From Tubiluchus corallicola (taxonomy: Eukaryota > Animalia > Priapulida): a DNA stretch of 64,000 nucleotides. Below the pieces are notes generated by a model. The model searched no databases and was not told the DNA's origin. It saw only the letters and a list, made by a program, of their open reading frames with translations. Below, piece after piece: positions 12,801-27,800 of the stretch. The translations under genes were made by a program, and so were the position numbers. Location: the NCBI GenBank assembly GCA_030141605.1, contig JAQGDQ010000837.1:25561-89560 (forward strand), given 5' to 3'. Numbering within the stretch: position 1 is the first letter of the stretch; every line of letters starts with the position of its first letter.

Positions 12801-15800
12801 TTTTCATCTGGTTTTCACCAGTGTTTCTTACCTGGTTTTCACCTCACGTTTTGACTTGCATTTTCACACATTTTTACCTGGTTTCGCCTTCATTCTCACC
12901 CGTGTTTTTACCTGTGTTTGTGCATCGGTGGCTGCATTTTTCAAACTCTCTTCCAACTCCGCCTGATACTTGTCTGTCCGCTGTAACTCCAGCTTGTACC
13001 GCTCGAGCTGCTTGTCACGAAAACGCAACTGCAAAGTGCACAAACTAAATGCAATGCTTCTGTGTGAAACGGTGCAACGTGTTTGAACGTGTTACAATGC
13101 AAAGAACACAATCCATACATTACTATAAGCTATAGTGAAATGTATTGACACAGACTACATAGCAGTGCGAAGCGTCACTTATGACACGTTCAGACTAGCG
13201 AGTTTTCTTGTCACGAGTCTTCTCTCTGAAGTGTGAAATGCTTTGTGAGTTACTGTTGGCAAGCTATTGCACACTCTCCGACAGTTGCTGCGAGTTCATC
13301 TCCAGTGAGTTACTGTCTAGTGTGAACGCTTCAGTGAGTTACTGTCTAGTGTGAATGCCTCAGTGAGTTACTGTCTAGTGTGAATGTCTCAGTGAGTTAC
13401 TGTCTAGTGTGAACACCTCAGTGAGTTACTGTCTAGTGTGAATGCCTCAGTGAGTTACTGACTAGTGTGAACGCCTCAGTGAGTTACTGTCTAGTGTGAA
13501 TGCCTCAGTGAGTTACTGTCTAGTGTGAACACCTCGGTGAGTTACTGTCTAGTGTGAACGCCTCAGTGAGTTACTGTGTAGTGTGAACGCCTCAGTGAGT
13601 TACTGACTAGTGTGAACGCCTCAGTGAGTTACTGTCTAGTGTGAACGCCTCAGTGAGTTACTGTCTAGTGTGAATGCCTCAGTGAGTTACTGTCTAGTGT
13701 GAATGCCTCAGTGAGTTACTCTTGATAATTCTCGCAGCAATTAGAGAAGTGAGTGTCAGCTCGTGCTTACTGTCGGAGAGTAACCTGAAGCAAGTTTTGC
13801 ACTCTAGTCTAAACGCATTTGCGAGTTAACTTGGCGAGAAAACTCTCTAGTGTGAACGCACCATAACACACATAAAGAATGCTCACCTGGTCCTCGTACT
13901 GTCTTTCGCTGTGCTGTAGAGACTGAAGTTGGGCCTCGTAGTTTGCACACATATCACAGGGGCGCCCTAACTTGCTTCTAGCATTGCGTATCTACGGCAA
14001 AAAAACACGGCTGCCGTCACCAACGAGGTAGCAAACAACAGTGTGTACGAACATCGTACCTATGATCTACTCTTAACGTAACGTCAACGATACATTTAAC
14101 ACAGTTGATACATTTTATACTTCTTTTAGAAAACTTAAGTCATAGCTTTACACAAGTTTACAGAGAATTTATATTGATTTTATTCCAATCATTGTTTAAT
14201 TGAACAATGTTCTTATTTCACTTCTCTGACCAATTGTAAATATTTGTACTTTTAGGCCATTTAAACTAGCATAAAACCGATTCAATTTTTAAGCTTGTCA
14301 ACACTAATTAATTTTATAAGAAATCAATTTCATGGTTTAAACGTTTACCTTATTATTCAGGGATGAGAATGACAAATTGCAAAAAACTCTGAAACAGGCC
14401 GGGGGTTTGGGGGCCGCGTAGGCCATAGAGAACCTCTAAGTGGACTTAAAATATCAATTACCTTGTTTCATGCATAATTCAAAATACCCAACTATCAAGG
14501 ATACATGATACCTAATTGTCTCAAAAACGCCTAAGTACTGGCCGCTCCTATGCAAAAGTATATAAAAACTGTCTGCAATTGACTCAAATAACTCCACACA
14601 ATTGATTCTATATTTTTATGCATAGAGATATTCACGTGGTTACACTGATGTACGTGATGTAAACAAAGTGACGGCCTGCCAACTAGCGGTCAGCTTGTGA
14701 AATAATGTGCTGGGTCCGTAAAAATTTACTCAACAAATTTACGCGATTTACAAAAATGGCGCTACTGGTCTTTCAAAAACTCGGAATTCCGCGTATCCGC
14801 GGAAAATTCTCATCCCTGATTATTATGCTTTACTGCTCGGAACTTTTGATACTACGGCTAAAAACACAGTACAGTTACATTGCAACATACAAAATCTATA
14901 CAGCAAATCAGCAGAGAAGAATAATGCAGAAATGGAGCTAATGAACACGTCTACAGCAAGAAAGCGCAGAAAAGGGCTAGTCACACTAAGCTACTGTTCA
15001 ACAGAAACTTCATCTCATTCAATTACTCTGATCAATCAGATGATTACATTTCATTAAGCCACACCCAACAGGGTTTTATGAATGGCAGTGACAAATAAGA
15101 TCTTTGCCTCTTACTTAGCCACACCCATCAAATGTCACTAACCAATTAGACTCTTACTTCCTGCTATAGCCACACCCACTTAACGTCACTAATTAAATAG
15201 ACTCCTAACTCTTGTTGTGGCCACTCCCACTCAATATCACTAACAAATTAGACTCTTACCTACTGTTGCAGCCACTCCCACTCAATATCACTAACCAATC
15301 AGACTCTTCCTACAGTTACACCCATCCAATGTCATTAACCAATTAGACTCTTACTTGCTGCTATAGCCACACCCACTCAATGTCACCAACCAATTAGACT
15401 CTTACATCTTGTTACAGCCACTCCCACTCCATGTCACTAACCAATTAGACTCTTACATCTTGTTACAGCCACTCCCACTCCATGTCACTAACCAATTAGA
15501 TGCTTACTTCCTGTTACAGCCACTCCCACTCCATGTCACAGACCAATTAGACTCTACCGCCTGGTGTTGCCACTCCCACTCCATGTCACTAACCAAATAG
15601 ACTCTTACGTTGTGTTACTGCCACTCCCACTCCATGTCACTAACCAAATAGACTCTTACGTTGTGTTGCAGCCACTCCCACTCCATGTCACTAACCAAAT
15701 AGACTCTTACGTTGTGTTGCAGCCACTCCCACTCCATGTCACTAACCAATTAGACTCTTACATCGTGTTGCAGCCCTCCATGTCGCTAACCAAATAGACT

Positions 15801-18800
15801 CTTACGTCATGTTACTGCCACTCCCACTCCATGCCACTAACCAATTAGACTCTTACCTCTTGTTGTAGCCACTCCCACTCCATGTCACTAACCAATCGTT
15901 TGCCGGATGGAATGGAATCGTCACTTTTTTTAGCCGAGGCAACTAATGTTTCACTGTAAGCCATTTCTGGAGTGATATCTGAAATTAGCAAACACATAAA
16001 TAAAACAAAATTATTTCAATAAACAGATAAAATTTTTAATACTAAAACAGGCTGTTTAATTTTTGTTTAAAAGTAAAAAAATCAAGTTTTCTTTGAAGGT
16101 ATACAATAACAGTTTAAAACAGACCTAACCACAAGAGTAACCAAGACTTAATTTTGAACGACGAACACTCGTTTAACTATTTGATGTTATCGCCATTTTC
16201 AGCTCTGCCAGTCACTAAGCAACAAAAGGATGCTGCTGGATGTTCTCAAAGAGTAGTACGATAGTTCCACGCTTAACGACGCCGATGCGTTCCAGCAAAA
16301 TGCGACGTTAAGAGAAAAGTTGTTAAACGAAGCCAACACTTCCACAGAATGTAATGTAAGAGAATTGAGATACGTTCCAGAGGCATCAATGCTGCTTATA
16401 TCATATAAATTAAACATAATATGTGTTATATTCATACATTTACTGATGAAATTCAACATAATATGTGTTATATTCATACATCTACTGATGAAATCCAACA
16501 TAATGTGTTATATTCATACATTTACTGATGAAATTCAACATAATATGTGTTATATTCATACATCTACTGATGAAATTCAGCATAATATGTGTTATATTCA
16601 TACATCTACTAATGAAATTACCTATCTTTCTTATCAATACCTAACTAGCAGTTTCTCTTTCGTTTATGTTAAAGCCCTAGCACTGCATTAGCAGTTAAAC
16701 AATGCATAGTAAAAGCCAAACTCCACTTTATGCAAATGGCTAGCATTTAGCAGTCAGTCAAAAAGCAAAAACATAAACAATAATTGTACTGTTTTATGTT
16801 ATTAGTGCATTTTTAGAACAGAATAATGCAATATACACTGAACAGAATAGCGCAATATGTACTGAACAGAATAGCGCAACGTGTACTGAACAGAATAACG
16901 CAACGTGTACTGAACAGAATAACGCAATATGTACTGAACAGAATAACGCAACGTGTACTGAACAGAATAACGCAATATGTACTGAACAGAATAACGCAAT
17001 GTGTACTGAACAGAATAACGCAATATGTACTGAACAGAATAACGCAACTTGTACTGAACAGAATAACGCAACGTGTACTGAACAGAATAACGCAACGTGT
17101 ACTGAACAGAATAACGCAACGTGTACTGAACAGAATAACGCAACGTGTACTGAACAGAATAACGCAACGTGTACTGAACAGAATAACGCAACGTGTACTG
17201 AACAGAATAACGCAACGTGTACTGAACAGAATAACGCAACGTGTACTGAGCAGAATAACGCAACGTGTACTGAGCAGAATAACGCAACGTGTACTGAACA
17301 GAATAATGCAACGTGTACTGTTTTAACGCATTAAATTAGATAAAAAAGTTGTTGATAATAAAATTGGCTTCGAGCAAAGTAAAAAAAATCGTCGTTAAAA
17401 CGAAACGGTGTGTCGTTAAGTGAGAAAAACATGTCAGATGTTCAGCATCGTTAAAACGAAACGTCGCTAAACGGGGAGTCGTTAAGCGAGGATTTACTGT
17501 GTAATGTATTTTATACAAGTACAGTGGTAAAGTTTTATTCCATCTGTTTTGTACTACATAGTAATAATAATAGTAGAAATGTATGAATAGCAGTACATAG
17601 TCCAGGTACATTTTGATGATTCAAATTAGGCAAAAATGTTGCTGATAAAACAAAAATGTCTTTGAGCAAAGAAAAAATTGATGTTAAAATAAAACATGCG
17701 TCATTAAGTCAGAAAATGGTGTCAAACGTTTAGCGTCGCTAAATGGGGAGTCTGAGAGCGAGAACTTGCTGTACTACGTTTTTCAGAAATGTAATTAATC
17801 TTTGATTTTTGTCGACAAACACTGACAAGTAATAGACTGAAAAACAGATTAAATAAGAAAAAATAAAGCCAATTTTTTATTTATTACAGGCACTTGAAAG
17901 CATTTATAACCAAAACACCACAACATTATTAAAATTTCAAATTCACATAATCAAAAATCGCACTAACTGTTTCGACACACTACTGCTGTCGTCGCCTGTG
18001 GTAAATTTTATAAACATACAACCGTGTTATGGCCAAATTCATTACCTATTTGGCTTCTGTTAACTACTTAATTGCTTGCATAAACTGGTTGTATTGAAAA
18101 ATTTACCATTGTTGATGACAGCAGCCGTCTGTCGAAACGTTAGGCGTGGTTTTTGACTACGTGAATTGGAAGTTTTAATAAAGTTGTGTTGACTTGGCTG
18201 GAAAAGAGAACAGTCGCTAAAACATTAAAGGCGCATTCACATCTACTAGTAACTTTCAAGTTAAGTTTTACTGTTTTTATTTTGCAACAGTCACCGTACA
18301 GTGCAGTAAAGCACACATACCAGTAATTGCTTTTTGTTGGTCAACGGTCAGCTGTACATGTGGAATGTTCATGGTTTTTGCCGGACTCCATCGATTCAAG
18401 ATGGTTTCCATGTCCTGGAGTGACCGAGTCTCGTGTGATTCATCGGCTAAAGCACTTAGACGACTGCAAAACCAACCAGTATTATTTTTATAGGTATTTA
18501 TACACTTTCAATTTATACATAAGTGTTTGTAACATCAGTGCGGCCATTTTTAACTGATGCCATTTTTTTCTTATACTGTACTATCAAAACTTCCGCACAT
18601 TTTTTTTGTGTCACCCGATACACGTGACACTCATATCACTGTTGCAAAAGCGAGGAGGCGTCTGTCCGAATTTGCCGATTGTCCGCATTTACCGACACTA
18701 AGCTGATACAGTAGACGCTGTGTATTAGACTCATGGTAATGTAAAATCAATCGCCTAATTGTCTCAAAAATATGCAACAGTATATAAAAATTGTCTGCAA

Positions 18801-21800
18801 ATAACTCCGCACAATCGACTTACTGTCAAGTGTTCAGCATTTTTAAAACGAAACGTCGCTAAACGGGGTGTCGTTAAGCGATGACTTACTGTCAAGTGTT
18901 CAGCATTTTTAAAACGAAACGTCGCTAAATGGGGTGTTGTTAAGTGAGGACTTACTGTCAAGTGTTCATCGTCATTAAAACAAAACATTGCTAAGCGGGG
19001 TGTCGTTAAGCGAGGACTTACTGTCAAGTGTTCAGCATCAGTAAAACGAAACGTAACTAAACGGGGTGTTAAGCGAGGACTTGCTGTCAAGTGTTCAACG
19101 TCATTAAAACGAAACGTCGCTAAACGGGGTGTTGTTAAGCGAGGACTTACTGTCAAGTGTTCAGCGTCATTAAAATGAAACGTCGCTAAACGGGGTGTCG
19201 TTAAGCGAGGACTTACTGTCAAGTGTTCAACGTCATTAAAACGAAACGTCACTAAACGGGGTGTTGTTAAGCGAGGAATTACTGTCAAGTGTTCAGCGTC
19301 ATTAAAACGAAACGTCACTAAACGGGGTGTTAAGCGAGGACTTACTGTCAAGTGTTCAACGTCATTAAAACGAAACGTCGCTAAACGAGGTGTTGTTAAG
19401 CGATGACTTACTGTCAAGTGTTCAGTGTCATTAAAACGAAACGTCACTAAACGGGGTGTTGTTAAGCGAGGACTTACTGTCAAGTGTTCAGCGTCATTAA
19501 AACAAAACGTCGCTAAACGGGGTGTCGTTGAGCGAGGAGTTACTGCCAAGTGTTCAGCGTCATTAAAACGAAACGTCGCTAAACGGTGTGTCGTTAAGCG
19601 AGGACTTACTGTCAAGCGTTCAGCGTCATTAAAATGAAACATCGCTAAACGGGGTGTCGTTAAGCGAGGACTTACTGTCAAGTATTCAGCGTCATTAAAA
19701 CGAAACATCGCTAAACGGGGTGTCGTTAAGCAAGGACTTACTGTCAAGTGTTCAGTGTCATTAAAACGAAACGTCGCTAAACGAGGTGTCATTAAGCGAG
19801 GACTTACTGTACATCCTCCAATTTCGAGAAGGAGCTACAATCATGCAGCCATAACAAATATAGTGAATGAAATCTCGCCTCGCTGATTTACAATCATTCA
19901 TACGTCACGCCGACTGCTATCTAAATATGAAGCCACAACGTTTCTTGTAATTAAAATAACGAGCACTTCTAAGGCCATCTTAGATTGTTATTAAAACATG
20001 ATACGGTTACTCCTAAAAAACAGGAGCTGTAGTGGCACAGCTCTGTAAAAGAAGGCACCACTAACCTGTCAATAGCTGAATCACTAAGACACGACGTGGA
20101 AGCAGCCTTTCTTATCGAAGCACCAGAACTGGCCAAACTTTTGTCAGCCGACACGAATTCGCCGAAGTCATCCGACAAAGCACTATCGTGGTCCAGTCCG
20201 ATGTCAAGTACATCATTAGATCTCTATAAATACAACAGTGATAGTAGTTAATGAAACAGAAAACAACTTTGTTATTTGATAGGTGATAATGTAGCTAACA
20301 GGGATGCAGGGGGAGCAACCGCTCTCCCACCCAATGTATTTTTCAAAATTGGCGGAATTATTTTTTTGATAATTCGATGCTAGAATATAAAATTCCAATA
20401 TATGTAGCATTTGTTGTTATAAAAAAACAAGAAAATGACATTTCACCAAATTTTTGGGTCATTCTACTTTGAAGCATCATAACGTAGTTTTAACTATGCC
20501 GACTTATGGACAGTTTTGGTTTGCAAGCACAAATATAACAATTATGCACTTCCTTTAAAACTGTATCTTCCTCGTGTTTTGATTTCAAACAAAATCAAAT
20601 ACATAATCAAAGTGTTAAAAATTGTTTGGTACGTGTCACGGCGTCTTTTTTACGTGCTTGCTGGCTATGCCCCTTGGTGATGCTACAATAATCTTTTAAC
20701 AACTACAATAAAAACAGATGAAATGGAACCAATTTAAACAGATATAAAAAAACTTAATACAGTTCTACTTACGTCTAAAGAACTAGTTGAAAGCATCGAT
20801 GACTCGTGAGCTGCAGTGAGCCGATTCAGCAGTGGACTAGTTCTATCAGGTGCTGTCAGTAAAAAGTACATTTCAGAGAGAAGATTATAAAACTGTCAGG
20901 AATACTTTAACTAGCATGTTTAAAGTAAGTAGGGGGGGGGGGGGGGCAAATGAACATTTTTATATAAAAAACCAAAGCAGATTTCTTTATGCTTGGGTGC
21001 CTACAAACTACAGCTTAACTGAATGATTGGCCATGCTACTAAAGCGAAACTTAACCGAATGATTGGCCATGATACTAAAGCGAAACTTAACCGAATGATT
21101 GGCCATGCTACTACAGCAAAGCTTAACCGAATGATTGGCCATGCTACTAAAGCTAAGCTTAACCGAATGTTCAGCCATGATACTAAAGCGAAGCTTAACC
21201 GAATGATTGGCCATGCTACTACAGCGAAGCTTAACCGAATGATTGGCCATGCTACTAAAGCGAAACTTAACCGAATGATTGGCCATGCTATTAAAGCTAA
21301 GCTTAACCGAATGACTGGCCAAGCTTTTGGCCATGCTACTACAGCGAAACTTAACTGAATGACTGGCCATGCTACTAAAGCTAAGCTTAACCGAATGACT
21401 GGCCTTGCTACTAATGCGAAGCTTTACCGAATGATAGGCCATGCTACTAAAGTGAAGCTTAAACGAATGATTGGCCATGCTACTAAAGCGAAGCTTAACC
21501 GAATGACTGGCCATGCTACCAAACCGAAGCTTAACCGAATGATTGGCCTTTACCAAAGCGAAGCTTAACCGAATGATTGGCCATGCTACTAAAGCGAAGC
21601 TTAACCGAATGTTGGCCTGCTTCACAGCGAAGCAACCGAATGATTGGCCATGCTACTAAAGCTAAGCAACCGAATGTTGCCACTAAAGCAACAACGATGA
21701 TTGGCCATGCTACTAAGCGAAGCTTAACCGAATGATTGGCCATGCTACTAAAGCGAAGCTTAAATGAATGATTGGCCATGCTACTAAAGCGAAGCTTAAC

Positions 21801-24800
21801 CGAATGATTGGCCATGCTTCTACAGCGAAGCTTAACCGAATGACTGGCCATGCTACTAAAGCTAAGCTTAACCGAATGACTGGCCATGCTACTAATGCGA
21901 AGCTTAACCGAATGATAGGCCATGCTACTAAAGTGAAGCTTAACCGAATGATTGGCCATGCTACTAAAGCGAAGCTTAACCGAATGACTGGCCATGCTAC
22001 CAAACCGAAGCTTAACCGAATGATTGGCCTTTACCAAAGCGAAGCTTAACCGAATCATTGGCCATGCTACTAAAGCGAAGCTTAACCGAATGACTGGCCA
22101 TGCTACTAAAGCGAAGCTTAACCGAATGATTGGCCATGCTACTAAAGTGAAGCTTAACCGAATGATTGGCCATGCTTTTGGCCATGCTACTAAAGCAAAG
22201 CTTAACCGAATGATTGGCCATGCTACTAAAGCGAATCTTAACCGAATGACTGGCCATGCTACTAAAGCGAAGCTTAACCGAATGATTGGCCATGCTACTA
22301 AAGTGAATCTTAACCGAATGACTGGCCATGCTACTAAAGTGAAGCTTAACCGAATGATAGGCCATGCTACTAAAGTGAAGCTTAACCGAATGATTGGCCA
22401 TGCTACTAAAGTGAATCTTAACCGAATGACTGGCCATGCTACTAAAGTGAAGCTTAACCGAATGATAGGCCATGCTACTAAAGTGAAGCTTAACCGAATG
22501 ATTGGCCATGCTACTAAAGTGAATCTTAACCGAATGACTGGCCATGCTACTAAAGTGAAGCTTAACCGAATGATAGGCCATGCTACTAAAGTGAAGCTTA
22601 ACCAAATGATTGGCCATGCTACTAAAGTGAAGCTTAACCGAATGATTGGCCATGCTTCCAAAGCAAAGCTTAACCGAATGATTGGCCATGCTACCAAACA
22701 GCAACTTAAGCGTAAGTTCACAGAACCTCTTTGTGATATAACCGAAGTTTACGGACTGGATTTTTTTTCCATTTTTCCCATTCTTTTAGCTAAGTTTGGG
22801 CTCAAATTTTTTTTTTTTTGGGATTCAAAATTAAAATTCAGTTTATTTCCACCAGCAAACTATAATCTTCCAAATACAAATACAACTTATTACCATATAA
22901 TTGAAAAAACAAAACAAAAAAGAAATTTAAGTAATGGATAATGCTGACTCATAAGCGTCAGTAGCGGCTCGTGTATAGGTATAGAGGACCTGCAGCACCA
23001 CCTATTTTCACTCAATATTATCGATAATATTCAGTATAATAAGCCTTTTATAATTGCACGGAACCAGAGCACATGAGGGTAGTACTGTTTCCTTCACAGC
23101 CCAGCACAGTGCTGTACAGCAAGGCGGTGTTTGGCTGTTGTGCGCATGTCCGAGCCCAGGTAGAAAATGTACTGTCGCTCACGCAGTTTGTTGTCAGTTG
23201 TCACATGCTGCACTGTGACAGTTTAGGCTATTAGTAAGCAAAAAATATTTTTTTTGTAGGTGATTTATCAAGTTTATGTACAAACTTTCATACGTTTGTT
23301 TGTTTAAAATTACAATAACAAATTACAACATTAAAGTTACATGTTTCTTTCGTTTTGCACAATATTAAAACAATGGCTAAAAATTTTCTAAAATAGCACC
23401 CCAACTAATTTCATTTATGATCTAACGCTGGAAATGACCAAGTGACCATTTGGTTAGCCAAAGGAATGAACTTAAGGAATGTTTGTTTGCTTAAAATTGC
23501 AATAACAATCGCATATATTAATTCTACAGGTATATATGTATATATTTATTTATATATTTATATATATATATAAGATTCGAGGCTACAGCTTCGACGACGG
23601 CACCATTAGTGGCGATCTATACATCAAACGAAAGGTCTCGATCTAATGCCATGCCATTGGGGGTTTATTTTTCAAATCGGGCCCACCGGGTCATACAGCG
23701 GGCAAAAAACCTCCAAAATTGCCATATTTTGGCCGTTTTTTGCAAAAGTTATATGACTGAGATCTGGAGAACGGGAACGGGCCACGGGTGGTGCTGGCTA
23801 TGGATAGATAGCCCGTTCAGCAGTGGGTGTCATAGGCATATTTACAATTCGCGAGAGGACCACTGCGTCCCGTAACGGGCATTTTCCCGGACCCAACTCG
23901 CAATTTTTTCGAAATTTTGCTCAAACAGCATGCGGAAAAAAACTTTTAGCGTCGCCTGGTAGGACTCTTGGAAGGAGATATACGGCTCTTTAGAAAGAGG
24001 AAGAACAGGGCTACACGATGATGTGAGCTATGTGTTAGGACACGTCCACCAAAAGGAGTGACGACGAGTTAATTAGATGTTCTATTTTCCGCTATTTTCG
24101 CTTGGAAAACTGCTGACGCAAAGCCATTGTTGTGATGTCATCCATTATCCTGTCTATAACTTTAATTCAGTAAAAGATGCAGGTTTTGCGTTACGTAAGT
24201 AAACAAACACTAGGTAGGATGTTCGCGTATTTTTGATTATGAGTGTATTTATACGCAAAATTTTTTCCGGGGCCTTGGCTAGTCACAACATTAATGTTAC
24301 ACGTGTTTATTTCCGAAGCAGCACCGCCACTAATTTTACTAAGAGCCGCCATTGGTAAGCGTACTATAGCGTTGAAGGTAACCATGAAAGGGATCTTACA
24401 GGTTATCAAGAAACGTGAAAAAAAGCATGAAGAATGAAGAGAAGAAAGCTTTTGAGAGACAAGAATGAAGAAGAGCTATGTAGCAGTTAGACGGAAGGAA
24501 AAAAATCAGAAAGAAGAAGTCAAAAGAAAACATAAAATAAGAAAACAATGATCACGCTCAGATTAGCTGCAAGTGATCTTTGACAAGAAGCCATCTGCGG
24601 ATGCTAAATGACCGATACGAATCACCGGCCAATTATTCACTATTATTAAACATTAGACATTATAGGGGTTCGTTGCATCAATAACCAATCATTATAACGT
24701 ACTGTTCGATTCTGCACGTTGTGTTAGCTGCTGTTCTTTCTGCTCCAGTTTTCTTGCTTCTTCTTTCTCCGCATCTCTTTGTTTAGCTTCTGCGATTAAA

Positions 24801-27800
24801 AAATGGTGAGTAGTTTAGAAGAAATCGTGCATTTAAGTATGTACGCTAAACAAAGCATAAGTTGTCAAGGGAAGCGATATACGTTTTTAAACAGTGTTGT
24901 TGTGCATGTTAGGCGATGATAGTTAGGTAATGTGAGGCTTGGTTGTCAATAGGATAGGTGAACATCGAGAAAACTGATTCTAAGTAGTTTTATTAGCCTC
25001 AGACATCTATTTTGGGCATAAATACTGACCTGAAACACACCTGGCTGAGCACATCTCAAAGGATTATCTGTCAATGCAATACATCAATTTTGGCGAGCGT
25101 TGGAGGATTTGACATGTTAGATCACTTCTAAATATTTCTTGTTAAAATAGAACGCTTAAATACACGTATATCATAGCTAAGCTAATTGTGATCAGCATCA
25201 GTTTTAGGTAAGCAAAGTGGTGAGCATGATTACCCAAGGACAAATGAAGGTCATTTCATCTTTTGACAGGAATTTCTCCTTAAAAATAGAATAGACTTGA
25301 AGCCAAAGTTTATCAGAGTGTTGTGTCTGGATAGTTGAAATTTTCTGCATTAGCGGATTTCACACATGTGACACTGCAGTTACTGAAAGGTTTTTCAATT
25401 TTTTCATCAAAAATTGATTTTTAATTTGTCTAATGTAAGCAAATGCACTAAATGCCTTTCATATATAATTTTGCATGAAAATCCATCGTGTGAGGAGTAG
25501 AAACCTACAAAAATTATTAAATATAATGTAATCGCTGCTTAGTGAGAGCAGTTTTTCATGAACACATGCAAAATGCAGCAAATGCTTCCGGTCCTGATGG
25601 AGTTAATTTTCAGCTGTTTTGCTTCAGAGCTCTACAATCTTAGCTAAATTTTCTTTTTTTCCTACAAGCTATCAGCAGTAGGAACACAGTGTGATACAGA
25701 CTACCTAGACTGATAGTCCCATCCAACATTATAATACATTTAAGGTTGCTTATCTATGATATGTATTACGCAATTACTTGTAGTGTGTTAGTAGCACTAT
25801 TACCCATGTGGTTACTGTTATTATAGTATATTTGCATAGAGTTTATATCTAAGCGGGCTGCAATACTGCTTATATGCATTAGGCAATTACTTGTAGTGTG
25901 TTAGTAGCACTATTACCCATGTGGTTAATGTTAATATAATATATTTGCATAGAGTTTATATCTAAGTGGGCTGCAGTACTGCTTATATGCATTACGCAAT
26001 TACTTGTAGTGTGTTAGTAGCACTATTACCCATGTGGTTAATGTTAATATAATATATTTGTATAGAGTTTATATCTAAGCGGGCTGCAATACTGCTTATA
26101 TGTATTACGCAACTACTTGTAGTGTGTTAGTAGCACTATTACCCATGTGGTTAATGTTAATATAATATATTTGCATAGAGTTTATATCTAGGTGGGCTGG
26201 AATACTGCTTATATGCATTACGCAATTACTTGTAGTGTGTTAGTAGCACTATTACCCATGTGGTTAATGTTAATATAATATATTTGCATAGAGTTTATAT
26301 CTAAGTGGGCTGCAATACTGCTTATAAGCATTAGGCAATTACTTGTGGTGTGTTAGTAGCACTATTACCTATGTGGTTAATGTTAATATAATATATTTGC
26401 TGAGTTTATATCTAAGCGGGCTGCAATACCGCTTATATGAAAGTATAAGTGAACTAGTAATTTTGATGCAATACAATAATATCTCGGTTTGCCGGACGTG
26501 GCCAAAATCTGGATCGTTAAAAGTCCCGCCTGCTACGGACCACGTTCCGTTGTTTCGCGAGGTGACCGCTAACTGGCAGCCCGTCACTTTGTTCACATCA
26601 TTACATCAGTGAAACGACACGACAGCGTGTAACGACACGTGTGTAGGTTGTATGTCAGGAGCGGCCCGTACTAGATATTTTTTGAGACAATTCGGTGATT
26701 GATTCTACATTACTGTGAGTCTAATATGCAGCGCCTACAGTATTAGCTTAGCATCGGTAAATACAGACGATCGGCAAATTCTGACCGACGTTTCTTCCGC
26801 CCTGTTAACCAACGTATCACAGTAATTGCACTTGCTTGTTATATGGCGCTTATATAAACAACGTTTCAGTAACTGCTTGTAGTGTGTAATAAAATACGTG
26901 CTTTTATATGTATACGAAAGGATATGTGTTGTCCCAGGAGAAATAAGAACTCATAAAATATGGCGGCTTAAGGTACGACTCCATTTCTACTTAATGCGTA
27001 ATCCGTAATCCATAATGCGTGATCCGTATTCATTCAATTGTGACCGCCATTGTCCGAAAACGCATCATGCAGCAGTACGTAGAAGGGAAACAGCTGTTGC
27101 GCGGCCGATTATAGTTGGTTTCCGGTGACCATTTTCGCTGTTTCACTTTCTGAAAATTCTGGTTAGGTGAGTTTTGGTCAGTTTAGGACCTACAAACAAT
27201 AATATTTTTCTATTTGAGTTTTTGAGAGGTGGAAGAATCATGAAGTTACGTATTGGGCATCTAACAGCAGTTCTTTCACTAAACGATGATACCTGCCATA
27301 TTGTTCTCTCCCCTGCAAGATGTTGTGCACCCAAAACTTGTGCTTTCTTTTCCGTCTAATAGTACAATAATAAACTAATGCTGCAGCTGTAATTATCTAG
27401 GTTAAATTTCGACACAGACGTGGTTTCCAGAAATTATTGCTTGCAATTTTCACGAATAGCGACCAGAAATGGTGGAAAGAGCGCAGGGAGCTTAATACGC
27501 ATAGTGTTTACGGACACAGAAACAGTTACATGTTACAGATCACGCATTACATGTCACAGATCACGCATTACATATCACAAATCACCCATTACGTGCACAT
27601 GGAGTCACCCCCACAAGTTAACAACGAACCTGCCACCTGTCGTTGCTGCTCTGGTGATAAGACGCTTTCCAACCGTCGCAAGTCGGCGATCTGTAATCGC
27701 TGCGATTCCAAAAACTGGTCGTTGGCAGCTTGCCAAGTTTGCTTCAAATCCGTGTGGTTCTTCCTCTCTGCTTCCAACAATTTGCACACTGTAAATGCGC

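Noticed and set aside
16802-22941. Repeat-protein ORFs (also 54250-55086 and 55845-56243)
   Set aside because: Open only because the unit length is a multiple of 3; no splice or homology support.
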